From assembly GCA_016748015.1 (NCBI GenBank), contig JAAOMT010000096.1, positions 519,991-583,990 on the forward strand: DNA of 64,000 nucleotides, in the 5' to 3' direction. The notes beneath the pieces were generated by a model. It was not told where the DNA came from and did no database searches. It was given only the letters and a program-made list of their open reading frames with translations. Of this stretch, positions 1-13,119 are shown piece by piece (positions within the stretch are counted from its first letter, which is position 1; every line of letters begins with the position of its first letter). Source of the stretch: Geosiphon pyriformis uo1. Taxonomy: Eukaryota > Fungi > Glomeromycota. Made by a program: the position numbers and the translations under genes.

Positions 1-1129
1 TCAAAACATATTCAAATGCGTTTGCATCAATTCATATACTCCAATCAAAATGATCGAATTTTTTGGTTTTTCAGGAATCGTCTCAGAAACCGTCCATTAG
101 TAAGCAATTACAATCCTTTTTCAAATATTAAAAGCTTTTCAATCTGTTAAAAGCACTGACGTTTCGGGATGACGATTTCAATCAAATTATGGTTGGTCTC
201 TATAACTTCTTTCACTGTACTTTCATATGGTTAGAGGTCACAATCTAGATGGAGTTAAGGTTTATTTAAGAAATTTTATTTTAATATTATTTATTAATTT
301 GTATATAATGCTCAAAAATGTTGTTAAAAAATAATAAAATACAAATTTTTTAATAAATTTTGACATATATAAAATTAACAAAGATAATTTGAATTTTTAT
401 TTTAGTTTTTTTATAAAGTTTAAAAAACAATTATATAATTGTTTACAACAGCTTTTTTTATTTACATTATTGTTATCCAACATATAAACTATACAAATCA
501 GTTATTATTTTATAAAAGTTTTAATTTAAATTTTAAAAAAAATCAGTTTTTTAATTTTGTATTAAACTTGTTTTTACCAACTAATAATGATTATTAAAAT
601 AATAAATTTTAAAAAAAAATTATTTTTATTTTTATGTTATTAGTTTAACTTTTTAAATTAAATAATATTATAACATATTTAAATAAAAACATATATTAAG
701 ACACAAATTTGTTTTGTTTTTAATAATTTGTTAAAAATATTATATTAAACAATACAATTATTTTTAATTTGTATATATTTTAATAAATACATATTTGTTT
801 TTGTATTTAAATTAAAAAAGATATTTTTTTTTACAATTAAATTTAAATAAACTATTATAATTAGTATTATTAATACAAAACTAATAAAAATATTTAAAAA
901 AACTAAAATCTTATTTTTAAAAAAAAAACAGATTTTAAAATAATTAAAACCAATAATTAACATTTTAAACAATTTAAAAAAAAAGTATTTTTTTAAATTT
1001 ACAACAAATTAATTATTTTAATAAAATAAAAATAAATAATTGTTTTTATTTATTTAAAAAATAATAAAAAACAAATTAAAATTTTTATTAAAAAATAAAA
1101 TCTTTTTTTTGTCAATCTCTTGACCATAA

Positions 1130-3360
1130 TGAAAGTGAAAAATTTATCAAAAATATAATTTTTTTTTCTTTTCTCTCCTTTGTTTTTTTTAGTTATTTCT
1201 TCAAATACATTTTTATTTGTAATAATAGAACTAGTAAACTTATCTGTTAGTAGTTCTGGCTTTGGTTTGGCTGAATTAGAAATCTGCTCTAACACCAAAA
1301 AAAAGCATGTGAAAAATGTTTACTTTTATAGTATGTTGTATAAAAAGCCAAAAAAACCTGAAGCTAGTAGTAGTATGATTGACTTGTCTGCTAGATTTTT
1401 GAGTTTAATAGATATTAAAGTTTTTGATATGAAACTTACAATGTTCTGGGGTGATAAAGTTGGTAACATGGCTAATAGTATTAGTGGTTTTTCTGATGTA
1501 AAAAATATAAAAAATATGTTTGCCAAAAAAACCAGCTATATAGACTTGAATACTTCTGGAGACAGTAAAAATAAGGATAAAACAACATCTAAAAAAATCT
1601 GTGTTCTAATGTTTGATAATATAAATAATAATAATAACATTTTAATGCTTTTTCTTTTCAAGTTTATTGGCTTAGTGCCATTGGCTGGATTATATGCTTC
1701 AGAAAAATGTAGTTTTAAGCCAGTCAAATCTTTTACATTGAATATTAAACTGTTTGCTGTACTTGGTAAAACCAATTATAATAAGTTGATTGCTGTAAAA
1801 AAAATTTTCTATTATATTGATGGTTTTGGGAAAGCCTCTATTCTCTCAAAATTTTTTGGGATAATCAAATCTTTTTTTACATCTGAATTAAGTTTGAAAA
1901 AAACAAAAAATTTGGCTATCAGTAAGAAAATTCTGGTTAATAATAACATAAAAAAAAACAAATAGTCATATAAATTAGAAAATAATTGTTAAGAAGATTT
2001 TAGTAAATCTTTTTAAATTAACAATAAAGACAGTTTTTTCCAAATTTGGCAAGATTACTTTAATTAAAATACAGTTAATTGGTCTTTGGCAAAAGGTCTT
2101 AGTTGAATTTAAGTTAGCAAATATTGTCTGTTTGGTTATTTTTAAGTAGTCAGTTCTCATGAGAAAAAATTCTGTATGTATAGCTTTGGTAATTAATAAT
2201 AAACAGTCATAAGTATCTAAGAATCTTTATTAAGTATTGTTGTATATTTTGCCAGTTGGCACTACTGTTCATAACTTATCTAATTTGTTGGAATTATATA
2301 ATAAGAAAACCTATTGTATTGGTCATAATCCGAGTTTATATGTGTATAATAGATGTGTTATAATTTGTTTTGCTAATAAGGCATTCAAAGTGGCTGTTAT
2401 TGGCTTTATTTTGGTTTTTAAGAATGTAAATTTGTGTTAAACTGGTTTTTCTTTGGCCTATTGTGCCCTATGTAAACAATTTGGTTATGTTTTTAATATG
2501 TGTTTAGTAAATAAAAATCTTGGAGTTTATAGTAAATAAGTGATTACTTTTTAGGATCAGGTTTATTTAGCCAATATATATAAAAAAAAGCAAGTTTTAA
2601 TTGCTTGTCTGGTATTTTTTGGTAAAAAAACTTGGGTCAGATTGCTAATAGTTTCATTTTTTATGTAGTGCCTTTGGTCTCTTTTAATGCTGATTTATTT
2701 TCAAATGTTAAATCTATCTTGCTAGTTTTTTTAAAAGTTAATACTAGGTTTGCCACTTTTAAGCACAGTCTTATCAGTCTTGTAAAACAGATTAACAAGC
2801 TGGCTAAAAGATTGAATGCATTCAAACCAACAATTTCTCAGCCTAGCTCTAAATGTTAACTATTGATAACCTCTTTATTACAGAATCAAGAAATAAATAT
2901 AGTGATAAGTAAAAGTTTGGGTGCAGTCATTAATAATGAGATTGTTGTAAAGACAGTAGTTTTTGATTAATTGTTTGTTTCAAAGTTAAAAAAAAACATA
3001 GACAATCTGTTAACTACAGTTATGAACTTGATGATCAAGGTAAACAATTTTAATTTAAGTGCAAAAAAAATTTTTTTTTAATAACAAATCTGGTATAAAA
3101 GTTTACTGCTTGTAATGTTAAAGATTTAAATATTCCTGTTAAGAAAAAAGACATTGTTTATTGACATGTAAATTCGAATATTATGGTTTTTTTTGTAATA
3201 AAAATAAAGTTAAGGTTTAGTATTAAATCTTGAATTGCAAATAAGTTTATGGAAGTACAAATTTTTATATCTGATTTGAAAAAAGGTTTTCTTGGTACTA
3301 GAATAACCATTATTATAAACAATTTTTTGGCTTGACATGTTTCTAAGATAAAAGAAATTC
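1130..3360 (+). mobile_element. Degenerate LINE: ORF1 (type A, gag-like with CCHC knuckle relic) plus the start of the ORF2 AP endonuclease
   Basis: ORF pieces 1180-1965, 2237-2440 and 2632-2859 are colinear with the minus-strand copy at 27613-29040. A CAxCKQFG knuckle relic lies at ~2461. From ~3087 the sequence reads as a decayed APE N-terminus (..TACNVKDLNIP..IANKF..FLG..IIINNFLA). It is truncated at ~3360. Confidence 0.8.
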
Positions 3361-5465
3361 CAACATACTATTATTACCAAAAAAACTCACTTTATCTATT
3401 TAAAGTCTTATTAATTCAATTATTACAATAATAAATTCATCAAAAAAAAATAAACTGAATAAAAAATCTTGGATTTATATAAAAAACCAAAAGTAAATAG
3501 GCTTTTTTAGTTGTAGTGGTATCCAAAAAAAATAAAACTCTACACTTGTATATTGACTACTACCAATTAAATACTATTATTAAAAGAAACATATATCTAT
3601 TTATTAAAATTAATGCAATGCTAAATCAATTTAATAATACTACTTTCTTTTTAACTATTGATTTAACTATTAGATTTTGACAAATAAAAATGGATCTAAA
3701 AAGCAGAAAAAAAACTGTTTTTATCACTAAATATAATACTTACAAATTTACAGTCATGTTTTTTGGTTTTACTAATGCTTTTCTTATTTTTTAATATTTA
3801 ATGGGCAAAATATTTAAATCAGTAAAAAAAAACTTTATTCTAATTACTTAAATAATATAATAGTATATTCAAAAATCTGGAATAAATATTGTTACTCATA
3901 AAAATTAGGAATTATAATAATAAGTAAAATAATTAATCAAAAATAGACATAATAAAAGAAGGAATTCCAGAATTTCTCTTGAAAAATTGCAGGATTTTAA
4001 GAAATCTTATATAATATAAATTAGATATATATAGTGAAAATATTAAAATATTCATTTGATTCAGACAGAACAGTAATTAACAATAACTATTTATCCCATA
4101 TCTCTTTTTTCAAAAGATATTTTTTTATGACTTAAAGTGAAATTATTTCTATATTAATAAAATTATTCATTATTATTCAATTCATATTATTATTACTTGA
4201 TTAAAGAAATATTAATCTATTCTATTCTATCAATACTTTATGTTAATAGAATTCAATGCTTAACTATACTAGATTAATAGCTCTTGATCACAGTTATTAA
4301 TAGAATATTAATTTTTTATTTTTATTTATTTTTTATTTATTTTTTTTATTTCATTTTTTTGTTGTTTACTAATTAATTAAAAAGATTAAATGTTGAGTAT
4401 TTGATGTTAAGAATAGTCTGGTAAAAAACCTGAAAACAAAAGTAAAAATTTAAGGATAGTTTACTAGAAGGGCATAACTGTTAAAATAAACTAGTCATTA
4501 TACTAAAAAAAAAATTCACATAAGAAATCATTAATTAAATCTCTGTCTATTATATAAAAAACTTAACCAAAACCTTCTAACTCCAAAATCTAGAAATTAC
4601 CAATATTACCAGCTATTGAGCACCAAGTTATAAGTTTGTTATTTGTTTTAACACTCCAAATAATCATCTATAACAACATCTTAAATATTTGTTAAAAGTT
4701 TTTAATTTTTTCAAAAATGTTGGTCTTAAAATCAATCCAATTAAATCTTTTTTTGAATGTCAATCTACCCAATTTTTTGGTTATTTTATTATAAAAGATG
4801 AAATTTTCTTTAATCCAACCAAGATTATAAAAGTTCAGAATATTAAACAACTAATAAATATATATAAACTATGTTTTTTTTTGGTTTGGCCTTTTATTAT
4901 CACAAATTTGTTAAAAATTTCTTTAAAATTGTCTCTTTTTTTAATTAATTACTCAGAAAAAATGTTAATTGCTACTAAAGTATACAATAACAAAAAACAT
5001 TTAAAATTCTAAAAAAAAATTGGTTACAAAATCTATTCTTAAGCAATTTAATCTGAATTAATTTTTTATTTTCTATATTAATACACCTAATTATAGACTT
5101 AGCACTGTTTTCTTATAAAAAAATAAAAATAATAAAGAACATACTATAGCATATGTCAATAGAACTTTTTTATTAGCAGAACAGAACTATTCAATTATTA
5201 AGCAAGAATGCTTAGCAGTAGTTTGGTTTACCAATTATTGGAGCAAAGTTTTTGGCTGTACAATAAAAAAAATTTAAAATACAAACAAATAACTTACTAG
5301 ATATTTTACTTAGATAAATTTAATTATAATATATAATATTACAAAAAAGTTAATTATTAAAATACCAATACTCTTTTCAAACCAACTTAATTATTAGTAA
5401 CTTTCTCTTAATCAAACATAATAATAGACTTGGACAACTACTTTGCATTAATAAAATTTTTGAAT
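3361..5465 (+). mobile_element. Degenerate Ty3/Gypsy pol fragment (RT-RNase H and start of integrase), same family as 45357-53085, interrupted by a solo LTR
   Basis: Colinear with the pol of the 45357-53085 element (HTIIT..SK*AFLVVVVSKK..; GLKINPIKSFF; NYSIIKQECLAVV). The RT continues exactly across the 3890-4675 insertion. Confidence 0.9.
3890..4675 (+). mobile_element. Solo LTR (family C) with 4-bp TSD
   Basis: TGTTACTC...ATAACA termini, flanked by atat (3886-3889) and acat (4676-4679). Shares blocks (aatagctcttgatcacag; caccaagtta..tttgttatttg..ctccaaataat) with 14587-15460, 26746-27612 and 57136-58012. Confidence 0.88.
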
Positions 5466-7245
5466 GTCTTAGAAAAAATTAAAAGTTGTTAAAAATTTGT
5501 TTTTTAATGTAAATAGTTTTGAAAAGATTTTTACTTTTTTAAAAATTTGGTTTAATAAACAATTATGAAATATTAAGAATATACATAAAACTTTGCTTTA
5601 TATTTTTTAATAAACACAACTGTTTATAATTTTTGAAATTTTATTAATTTAATTAGTAAAAAAAACTTGTGTAATTAATTATAATTTTGTTAACTATTTT
5701 GAATTTAAATCAGATTAAATTAACAAGAATTTATGTAAAAAAAATTAACTTTTATTATTATCAAAAAAAACATGATTTTAAAAATCTTTTTAGTAATAAT
5801 AATACTTTTTTTAGCAATATATACAGCCAAGTATATTATTATTGACTATAGTATATACATAATTATATAGATTATTTTAGTATTTAGGAGAGCAAAAAAT
5901 TAATAAAAAAATTGGTAAAATAAAAAAAAGTATTGTTATTATTATTTATTTTTGGATAAGAATTAGTTTTAATGTAAATTTTATAAAAAAATAATTAAAT
6001 CCACATTTAGAACACAAAAAGCAAATTAAAACTAGAAAACAAACTATTTAACTAAAGTATAACCAGAATTTTTTCAAAGAATTATTGAAAAAATGTGGTA
6101 TTTAAAAATTTATTTTGAAAGTAAAAATAAAAAAATTATAAAAAATTTTATAAAAAAAATATAACTGAAATATTTAATTAATTAAATATTATTGTTGAAA
6201 TCTAATCTTTAATAATATAATATTTTTTATTATTTAATTAGTATTATAACAAAAACATATAATAAAACTAATAACTTATTTAATAAAATAAAACATAATA
6301 TAAAATATTAATAATATGTATTAAATAACTAAAAAGTAATAAAAAATTTGAAAAAATAATAAAAAATACATACATATTTTAAATATTAATAAAAAATATT
6401 TAACTTAAAAAAAAAAAACATAAAAAAAATAATAGACTGCTTATTATAAAATTATAAAAAAAAGTTGCTTTAATATAAAAACTGATATTTTTTTTAGTTT
6501 ATAGAAAACTGTATATATAATTAAATTACATAAAATCTACATATTATATTAAGACTATTTTAAATATATTAATTATTTATATATATTAAATTACACAATT
6601 TAGTTGTAAATTTACTTAGTATATTATTTTTTTAGAAGTTAATAATTTAGATAATTAGATTTATATAGCTAAATTTAGAACTATAATTATATATTATTAA
6701 TACTAATTATAATTATAATTAATATAATCAGACATAAATCAATTAATTATATTATTTAGTAATTATTTTTGAATAATAATTGCAAATTTAGAATATTAGA
6801 CTGTATAAATAAGAACATATAAAAATTTTAAATATAACAAAGTCTGTTGTTATTAGATTATATATATTAATTTTTAATTTTATTAATGTTTTTTAATTTG
6901 TCAAAAATTTTTTGTATTTAATTTAATTAAATAATTAGATTGTACTATATTTTTTTGTTGTTATTAAGCTAATTATTGATTTTTATTTTCTATTTGTTAA
7001 CTGATTTTGTTAATTAAACATAATAATATAGATTTTTTTTACATAATTTTAATGATAATTTTCATAATATGTATTGTAATTTTTGTATTAAAAAACTATA
7101 AAAATCTCTAATAATATTTTTATCTATTTAATAACTTTTAGTAGCAAATCTTAGACATCTGTTGTAATAAATTTTTTTTCAGATGTTTTCAGATATTTTT
7201 TTTTGGTTTGGTATTTTAAATAAAGTTATATCTTTCTAAGTAGAT

Positions 7246-10200
7246 TAGAGTTTCAATATTCAGTCTGATTTAGTTCAAATTAAATTAAATCACTAAACTA
7301 AACCAAACTTAAACAGAAGATTTGGCAAAATTTCAAACTTGAACTTGAACCAGACTTAAAATTATTGAACTTAAACTGAACCCAAACACATGTAATAAGT
7401 CTGGTTCAAGTTTAGTTTAAAGTTCATGAACATGTTCAGATTCAATTATTAAAAACATTATATTATACTATATTATTATTTAATTTTTTTTTCAATAATT
7501 TTTGTATTTATAATTAAAAATATTGTGTCATTCTTATAGTTTTAAACACTAAACAAGATCTTATATTTGTAATCATATTCTCATCTGCAGAAAAAGTGTG
7601 TTTAGAAGCAACAAATAATTTCTGAATTGTTAAATAATTATAAATCATACATATAAGATGAAAAAATTGTGTTTAATATACCTAAATATTAAATTATTAA
7701 TAAAATATTAATTTAGATAAATATTTTTTGTAATATATCTTCTACCATGCCATTATATTTATTTCTCTATTGGCCATTTTTTTAAAGATATAACAATCAA
7801 TTTTTTCAAGTTTTTTTTTTTCATCATTGTCAAAGTTTGTCTCTAATATAAATTGTGTAACTAATACTATAGTATTATTAAAATTGCCATTCAACAAAAA
7901 ACTGTTATTTAATGTTGATATAATATTCAATGTGTATTCCATTTTAAAAAGAATATACATTCTAAAAATTTATTTATTGTGTAAAAATTGGAAAATAAAA
8001 CTGTTTAAATAAATTAATAACTTATAATTTTTTTATTTTATTAATATTATCATTTGAAAATTCTCTTTTTGTGAAATAATAGAATTTTTTTTTGAATACA
8101 ATACAATACAGAACATTATAGTTGTATTTGTTTTAGAATAATATTCAACCAACTTTTTTTTTGCTGTCTTAGTCACCATAATAAGTAATAGATTTAATAT
8201 TAAATATGTTAAATAAATAACTAAATAAATACAATTGAGAGTATAATGTTTTACCAAATTTATTATTATCAATTGTCTTTGATATAATTATAAATAATAT
8301 TAAAGAAAAAAATATTTAAGAAAACATTATTATTTGAACTGGCTGACATTTTAATCATAATATTCTTAAATAATTCAAAAAATTTAGCAATTTTATCAAA
8401 GACAATCCACTAATTGTGTAAAATAGCATATTGATAAAAATTAATGTAAATAGTAGTAAGAGTGTTTAATGTTTATAAATTTACAGTTAAAATTTTTGTA
8501 TTCAAAATATATAGAATCAGAAATAAATAACTTGCTAATTTAAAAAATAACTTATTTTTGATTATATTATAAGTAAAATTCTACTGGATAGAACAATTCA
8601 GAATGAGTTTATAATATTTAATTTAACAAGTATTACAGATGTATTTAAAAAGCTCAAAATATTGGAATAAGGTACAAATTGTAGAGTTAAGTTTTTTAAT
8701 CTTTAATTTATATAAAGTTTACATTAAAAAAATTTCAAATAAATATATTTAGTTTGGGTTTTTAACAAATATCTTGAAAATATTATTTTTTATTTTATTT
8801 AAGACTACTTGCACTGTCAAGTTTAAAATATAATCAAAGCATCAAAATTAAAAGTCTTTTAAGTTCTATTAAATGTTTTTTTCTTTTAATTTTCTCATTA
8901 ATTCTTTTATAAAAGTACTATTATTTATGATATTATCAAGAATAATAGCAAAAAGCTATCAAAAAAAATTAAGTTATAACTAATAAAATTAATGATAAAT
9001 TTGTATAAAAAAAAAGTGAATATAGCTTTTTTTAAACTTCTTTTTTAACTTTTTTGGCTGAAAATTTGGCTTATGGCAATAATAAAAACCACTTAAGCTA
9101 ATATTAAGAAAATCCAATTTTCAATAATATAAGCACTATGATAACTTTAAATCTCAGATAATATTAATGCTGAAAATTTAGCTTTAACGCAATAATAAAA
9201 ACAAACTTAAGTTAATATTAAGAAAATATAATTTTCAATAATATGAACACTGTAGTAATTTTAAGTCTCAAATAATGCTAATGCTAAAAATTCAGCTTTG
9301 AAACAATGATGAAAACCAATTTAAGTTAATATTAAAAAAACACAATTTTTGATAATATGGATATTATAATAGCTCTGAATCTTAGATAATACTAATATGC
9401 TATGTGGTATACCAATCTTATTATTGGCTATTGACTAACCAAATTTATGTAAGAATATATATACATATCTTTAATATAATTTTATAATTTTTTAATACTT
9501 TAAAAAATTTATTTGTAATATTTATTCTATTATGTTGTTTACTTATTAATCCAAAATTAATTATTGTTTATTAAAAATCTCAATTATTATTAATATAATA
9601 AGTGATAATGAAAACAAAAGCTTTGTTATTAAGAAATATTCAGAAATCTAATATAAAAAAATTTTTGAACTTAATAGTATCTAAGTATATCTATTATATT
9701 ATAAATATAGATAAAAAAAAACCATTTTATAATAAAAGTAGTACTTATTCTTAATTTTTGTCTACCTTAAACATAGAGTTCTATAACTTTATTTTTAATT
9801 ATATTAGCACAAACAAGTTGAGAAATAGGATTTAAATATTAGAATATTTTGATTAATTTAGAGTCTTTCATTATAAGAAGTAGTTACTGGCAGTTAATAA
9901 GCCAAATAATAATTATGCCATAAAGTTTTTTATTATTAATATTAATAACAGTTATTACAGAAGACTAGAACAGTTTTCTAGTTAGATTGGTCAAAAATTA
10001 TTAAAAAAATAGCAATCTTATCTGTCAAAATATTTCTTCAATTGATTTACAATTTTTCTGTATATTTTGCCTTTTTTTATGATATTTTTTTATTGTAATA
10101 TATACTGCCCAATAGGAAGTCTTAAAATAATGTCATAAGGATTTGGTAGTATCTGTAATTCTATAAGAAAATAATTTATGTACACATTTTAAGACTGTAT

Positions 10201-10691
10201 ATTTAGCTGTTTTTTTTTCTTTTGTTTATTCAAACTTATTAAAATAATCTTATATTTTACTCTAAAAACTATGTTTACTAAATATATTAATATTTAGACT
10301 ATTTAGATTATTAAATTTTGTTATTTTGAATTATGAATCTTCAGTAACATTAAATAATACTAATAATAAATTTATTTTGGTAAGTTAAAAAGTAGAGTTA
10401 TTATATATGTATAATTTTATATATTTTTTTAACTAATCATAGTAATTAAATAAAGTAATAATTAATAAACAAGTAGTACAAGTTATATTTTTTTTAATTC
10501 TATTGAACTTAAACAAATTCATAAACATCAAACCAAACTTGAACTGAACTTAAACTTGTCAAAAAGGTTTAATGCCAAACTTAAATCAAATCTATTTTAA
10601 AAAATTGATTCAGTTCAAGTTCAATTTATAATTTAAACTAAACTTAAACAACACCCAAAGTTCAGTTGAGTTTGATTTAATTAGAATTCTA
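7246..10691 (-). mobile_element. Degenerate hAT DNA transposon with short TIRs, subterminal repeats and 8-bp TSD
   Basis: The minus strand shows hAT transposase relics: ..LDF*..NNKAF..INNN*DF (~9500-9660), FAIILDNIINN (~8920-8965) and a dimerisation-domain relic YLTIQ..VASKHTFSADENMITN (~7565-7640). Ends are tagagtttcaat and ttagaattcta. Flanks aagtagat/aaataaat match as an 8-bp TSD with two G>A changes. TGAAC/GTTCA-type subterminal repeats lie at 7250-7450 and 10500-10690. Confidence 0.8.
9058..9400. repeat. Tandem triplication of a ~112-114 bp unit inside the hAT
   Basis: The unit ctgaaaattt.gct...ttaagYtaatattaa.aaa...tttt.aataatat...ctcagataat recurs at ~9058, ~9170 and ~9283. Confidence 0.85.
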
Positions 10692-11049
10692 AAATAAATA
10701 TGTATAATATAAATTTATATTTTGTCAATATAAAATACAGTTTTGTTAATTTTATAGAATAAATTAGTAAATTGGCTAAGAAATTAAATACATTTGTGCT
10801 AATAATTCGTTAATTTAATTTTAAATATTAGTTATTAATGATTTTTTTATTACAAAATTAAGTGAATAATATAGTAATAAAAAAAAATTTAAATGTAATC
10901 ACTAATGACAAAACTGTTTTTGTTTTGGAATTTTTAGCTTTTTTAAATATTGTTAAGTTAAAAAAACAATTAAATAATTTGTCTAAATTAATTATAAGTT
11001 TGATAACAAGATTTAATAATTTGGTTCTAGTTTTAATAATTACTTATTT

Positions 11050-12990
11050 AAAAAATTGCTATATGCAATATACATAAAATAAATAATTTTATAAAACAGA
11101 AAAATATTGTTAAATAGTATAAAAAAATAGACAATATAATATTTATAATTATTAAGACAAAATTTAAAAAAAAGTATATTTATAAATTATTAATAAGTTT
11201 AATAATATTAAAATTTATATTTTTGGTTTGAATTTTGGTTATTTGAGTATTGGTATTATTATTATTATAAAAAATTATTTGGCAAAACATTTTTGCAAAA
11301 TTATTGATTTTTTTAATTAAATTACTCTTTAAAAACAAACTTTTAATTAATTTTATGCTAATATAATTATAATTACATATTTTTTTTAAGCTAAAAATAT
11401 TAATATATTGATTGCCAAAACTATTAATAAATTTTTTTTTGTGGTTTTAAATAATAATTTTAATAAAAATAGATCTTATAAAAATATTAGTTTTAAAAAA
11501 TACTTAAATATAAATCTGGTCAATTCTTTAATAAATAGTATATTTACTAAAATTTCTATATGAAAAATTTTAGAAGTTAAAAAAAAATAATTAATTATAT
11601 TTTGGTTTTTACAGATTTTAGTAATAGAATAGTATATAAAAGTATAAAAAATATTACAAATTTCTTTAATATTGATTATTAAACAGTTTTTGTTTTTATT
11701 GGTCTAAATAGATTTTTAGATATATAGCTAAATTTTGTTTACAAACAGACAAACAAAAATAGATAAAAATTTAATATAAAAAATATAAATAATGCTAAGT
11801 AGTTTTGTTTTAAGGATATTATTAAAACCAATTTTGTTTTGTTTTATGTTAATTTTGTTATTTTAAAAAATTTTTCAGATTTGGATATTTTATAAGATAT
11901 AATTTGTAAAATAATATGTTTTTCTATAAATAAAATTTCTTTTAAAGTTTAACATAAAAAATATGATAATATTTTTTTTAAGCTGTTATTTAAATTATAC
12001 AAGTTGGAAATTTTTATGTTAAAAATTATTAAGACATTACAATCTATACCAAATATTAATTTTGTATTATTAATAGATAGTTAAAAGTTTTTTAATACTA
12101 AAAAAGCTTTAAGTATTCAGATTTTATTTTAATTTTAATATTATTTATTTTAAGCTTTGTAGTATTAAAAAGTTATATTATATGATTAAGCTTTTAAAGT
12201 CTTAAAAATAAAAAAATAAAATATTAGAATAGCTATTAACAAATACATAGAAAATTTTACAACAAATAAAAATATTTTAGAATACTTATTTCATTAAATA
12301 GGTTTTAACTACTTAGTTGTAAATAATAAGCTGCTTTTAGTTTTTAAAAATATTAAATTTAAGATAAATAATTTTATAGAAAGTTAAACTTAAAGAAAAT
12401 CTGTCTTGAATTATATTTTTAACTTATAATAATATTAATATCTATTTTTAGACCATGTAAATAATAATGTTTTTTTTTGAAGTTATAAATATAATAAGTT
12501 TTGAAAAAATATTGAATAAATTAATAAGCTTTTTAATAACAAAACTGTTAATCTGTTTGATATTTTAAACAAGCTTTAAAAGCATTGTAACAATTTAATT
12601 TTGCACATGTTTTTAACTCTGTTTAATGTTTGTTTATTGCATAAATTAGGTTTTAAATCATAAAAAAAAGCTTAAGTATTAATAATTCTTAAATTTTATA
12701 AATAAAATAATGTTTTTATAAACATTTATTCTATTGTTTTAATTAAAACTGCTTAGAAAATTTTTTCTAAAATTTTTTTAAACAAAATTTTTTTAATAAA
12801 TAATAAGTTTAATAAACTTTAAAGTAATAATTTTTTAGTACTTAAAAACACATTAACAAAATTTTCTGTTTTTGCTATTGGCTTTATAATAAAAAATGCT
12901 TTAAAAAAACCACAAACTTTGATTGGTTCTGTAAAACATAAAAAAAGGTTATAACTTTTTTAGATAATATTATTTAAAAAACAGTCTGTT
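11050..12990 (+). mobile_element. Highly degenerate LINE ORF2 (APE and N-terminal RT)
   Basis: Relics of FxxGLNxGYLxxG..IIM (~11210-11290), RFKID (~12360) and KNALKK..L*LVL..KK.YN (~12890-12960), colinear with the other LINE ORF2 copies in the window. Confidence 0.65.
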
Positions 12991-12994
12991 TTAA

Positions 12995-13115
12995 TATTAT
13001 TAGCAAAAATTTGATATATTATTTAGCATAAAATTATTTTTATAATTCTTATTATTAATTAACATATATTATTATTTTAATTTATTATTTATTATTTTAT
13101 TAAATTAAACAAATT
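12995..13115 (+). repeat. Truncated 5' fragment of a family B LTR
   Basis: ttagcataaaatt...taattcttattattaattaacatatattatt matches the start of the solo LTR at 43905. Confidence 0.55.
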
Positions 13116-13119
13116 AAAT

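Noticed and set aside
1-250. CpG-retaining stretch at the window start
   Set aside because: Probably the edge of a host gene island, but no ORF or splice structure can be supported from 250 bp.
5470-7245. Possible additional TE relic
   Set aside because: Too eroded to assign. The many short I/K/N/F-rich ORFs here and elsewhere (745-972, 30500-31450, 33600-34480) are compositional noise.
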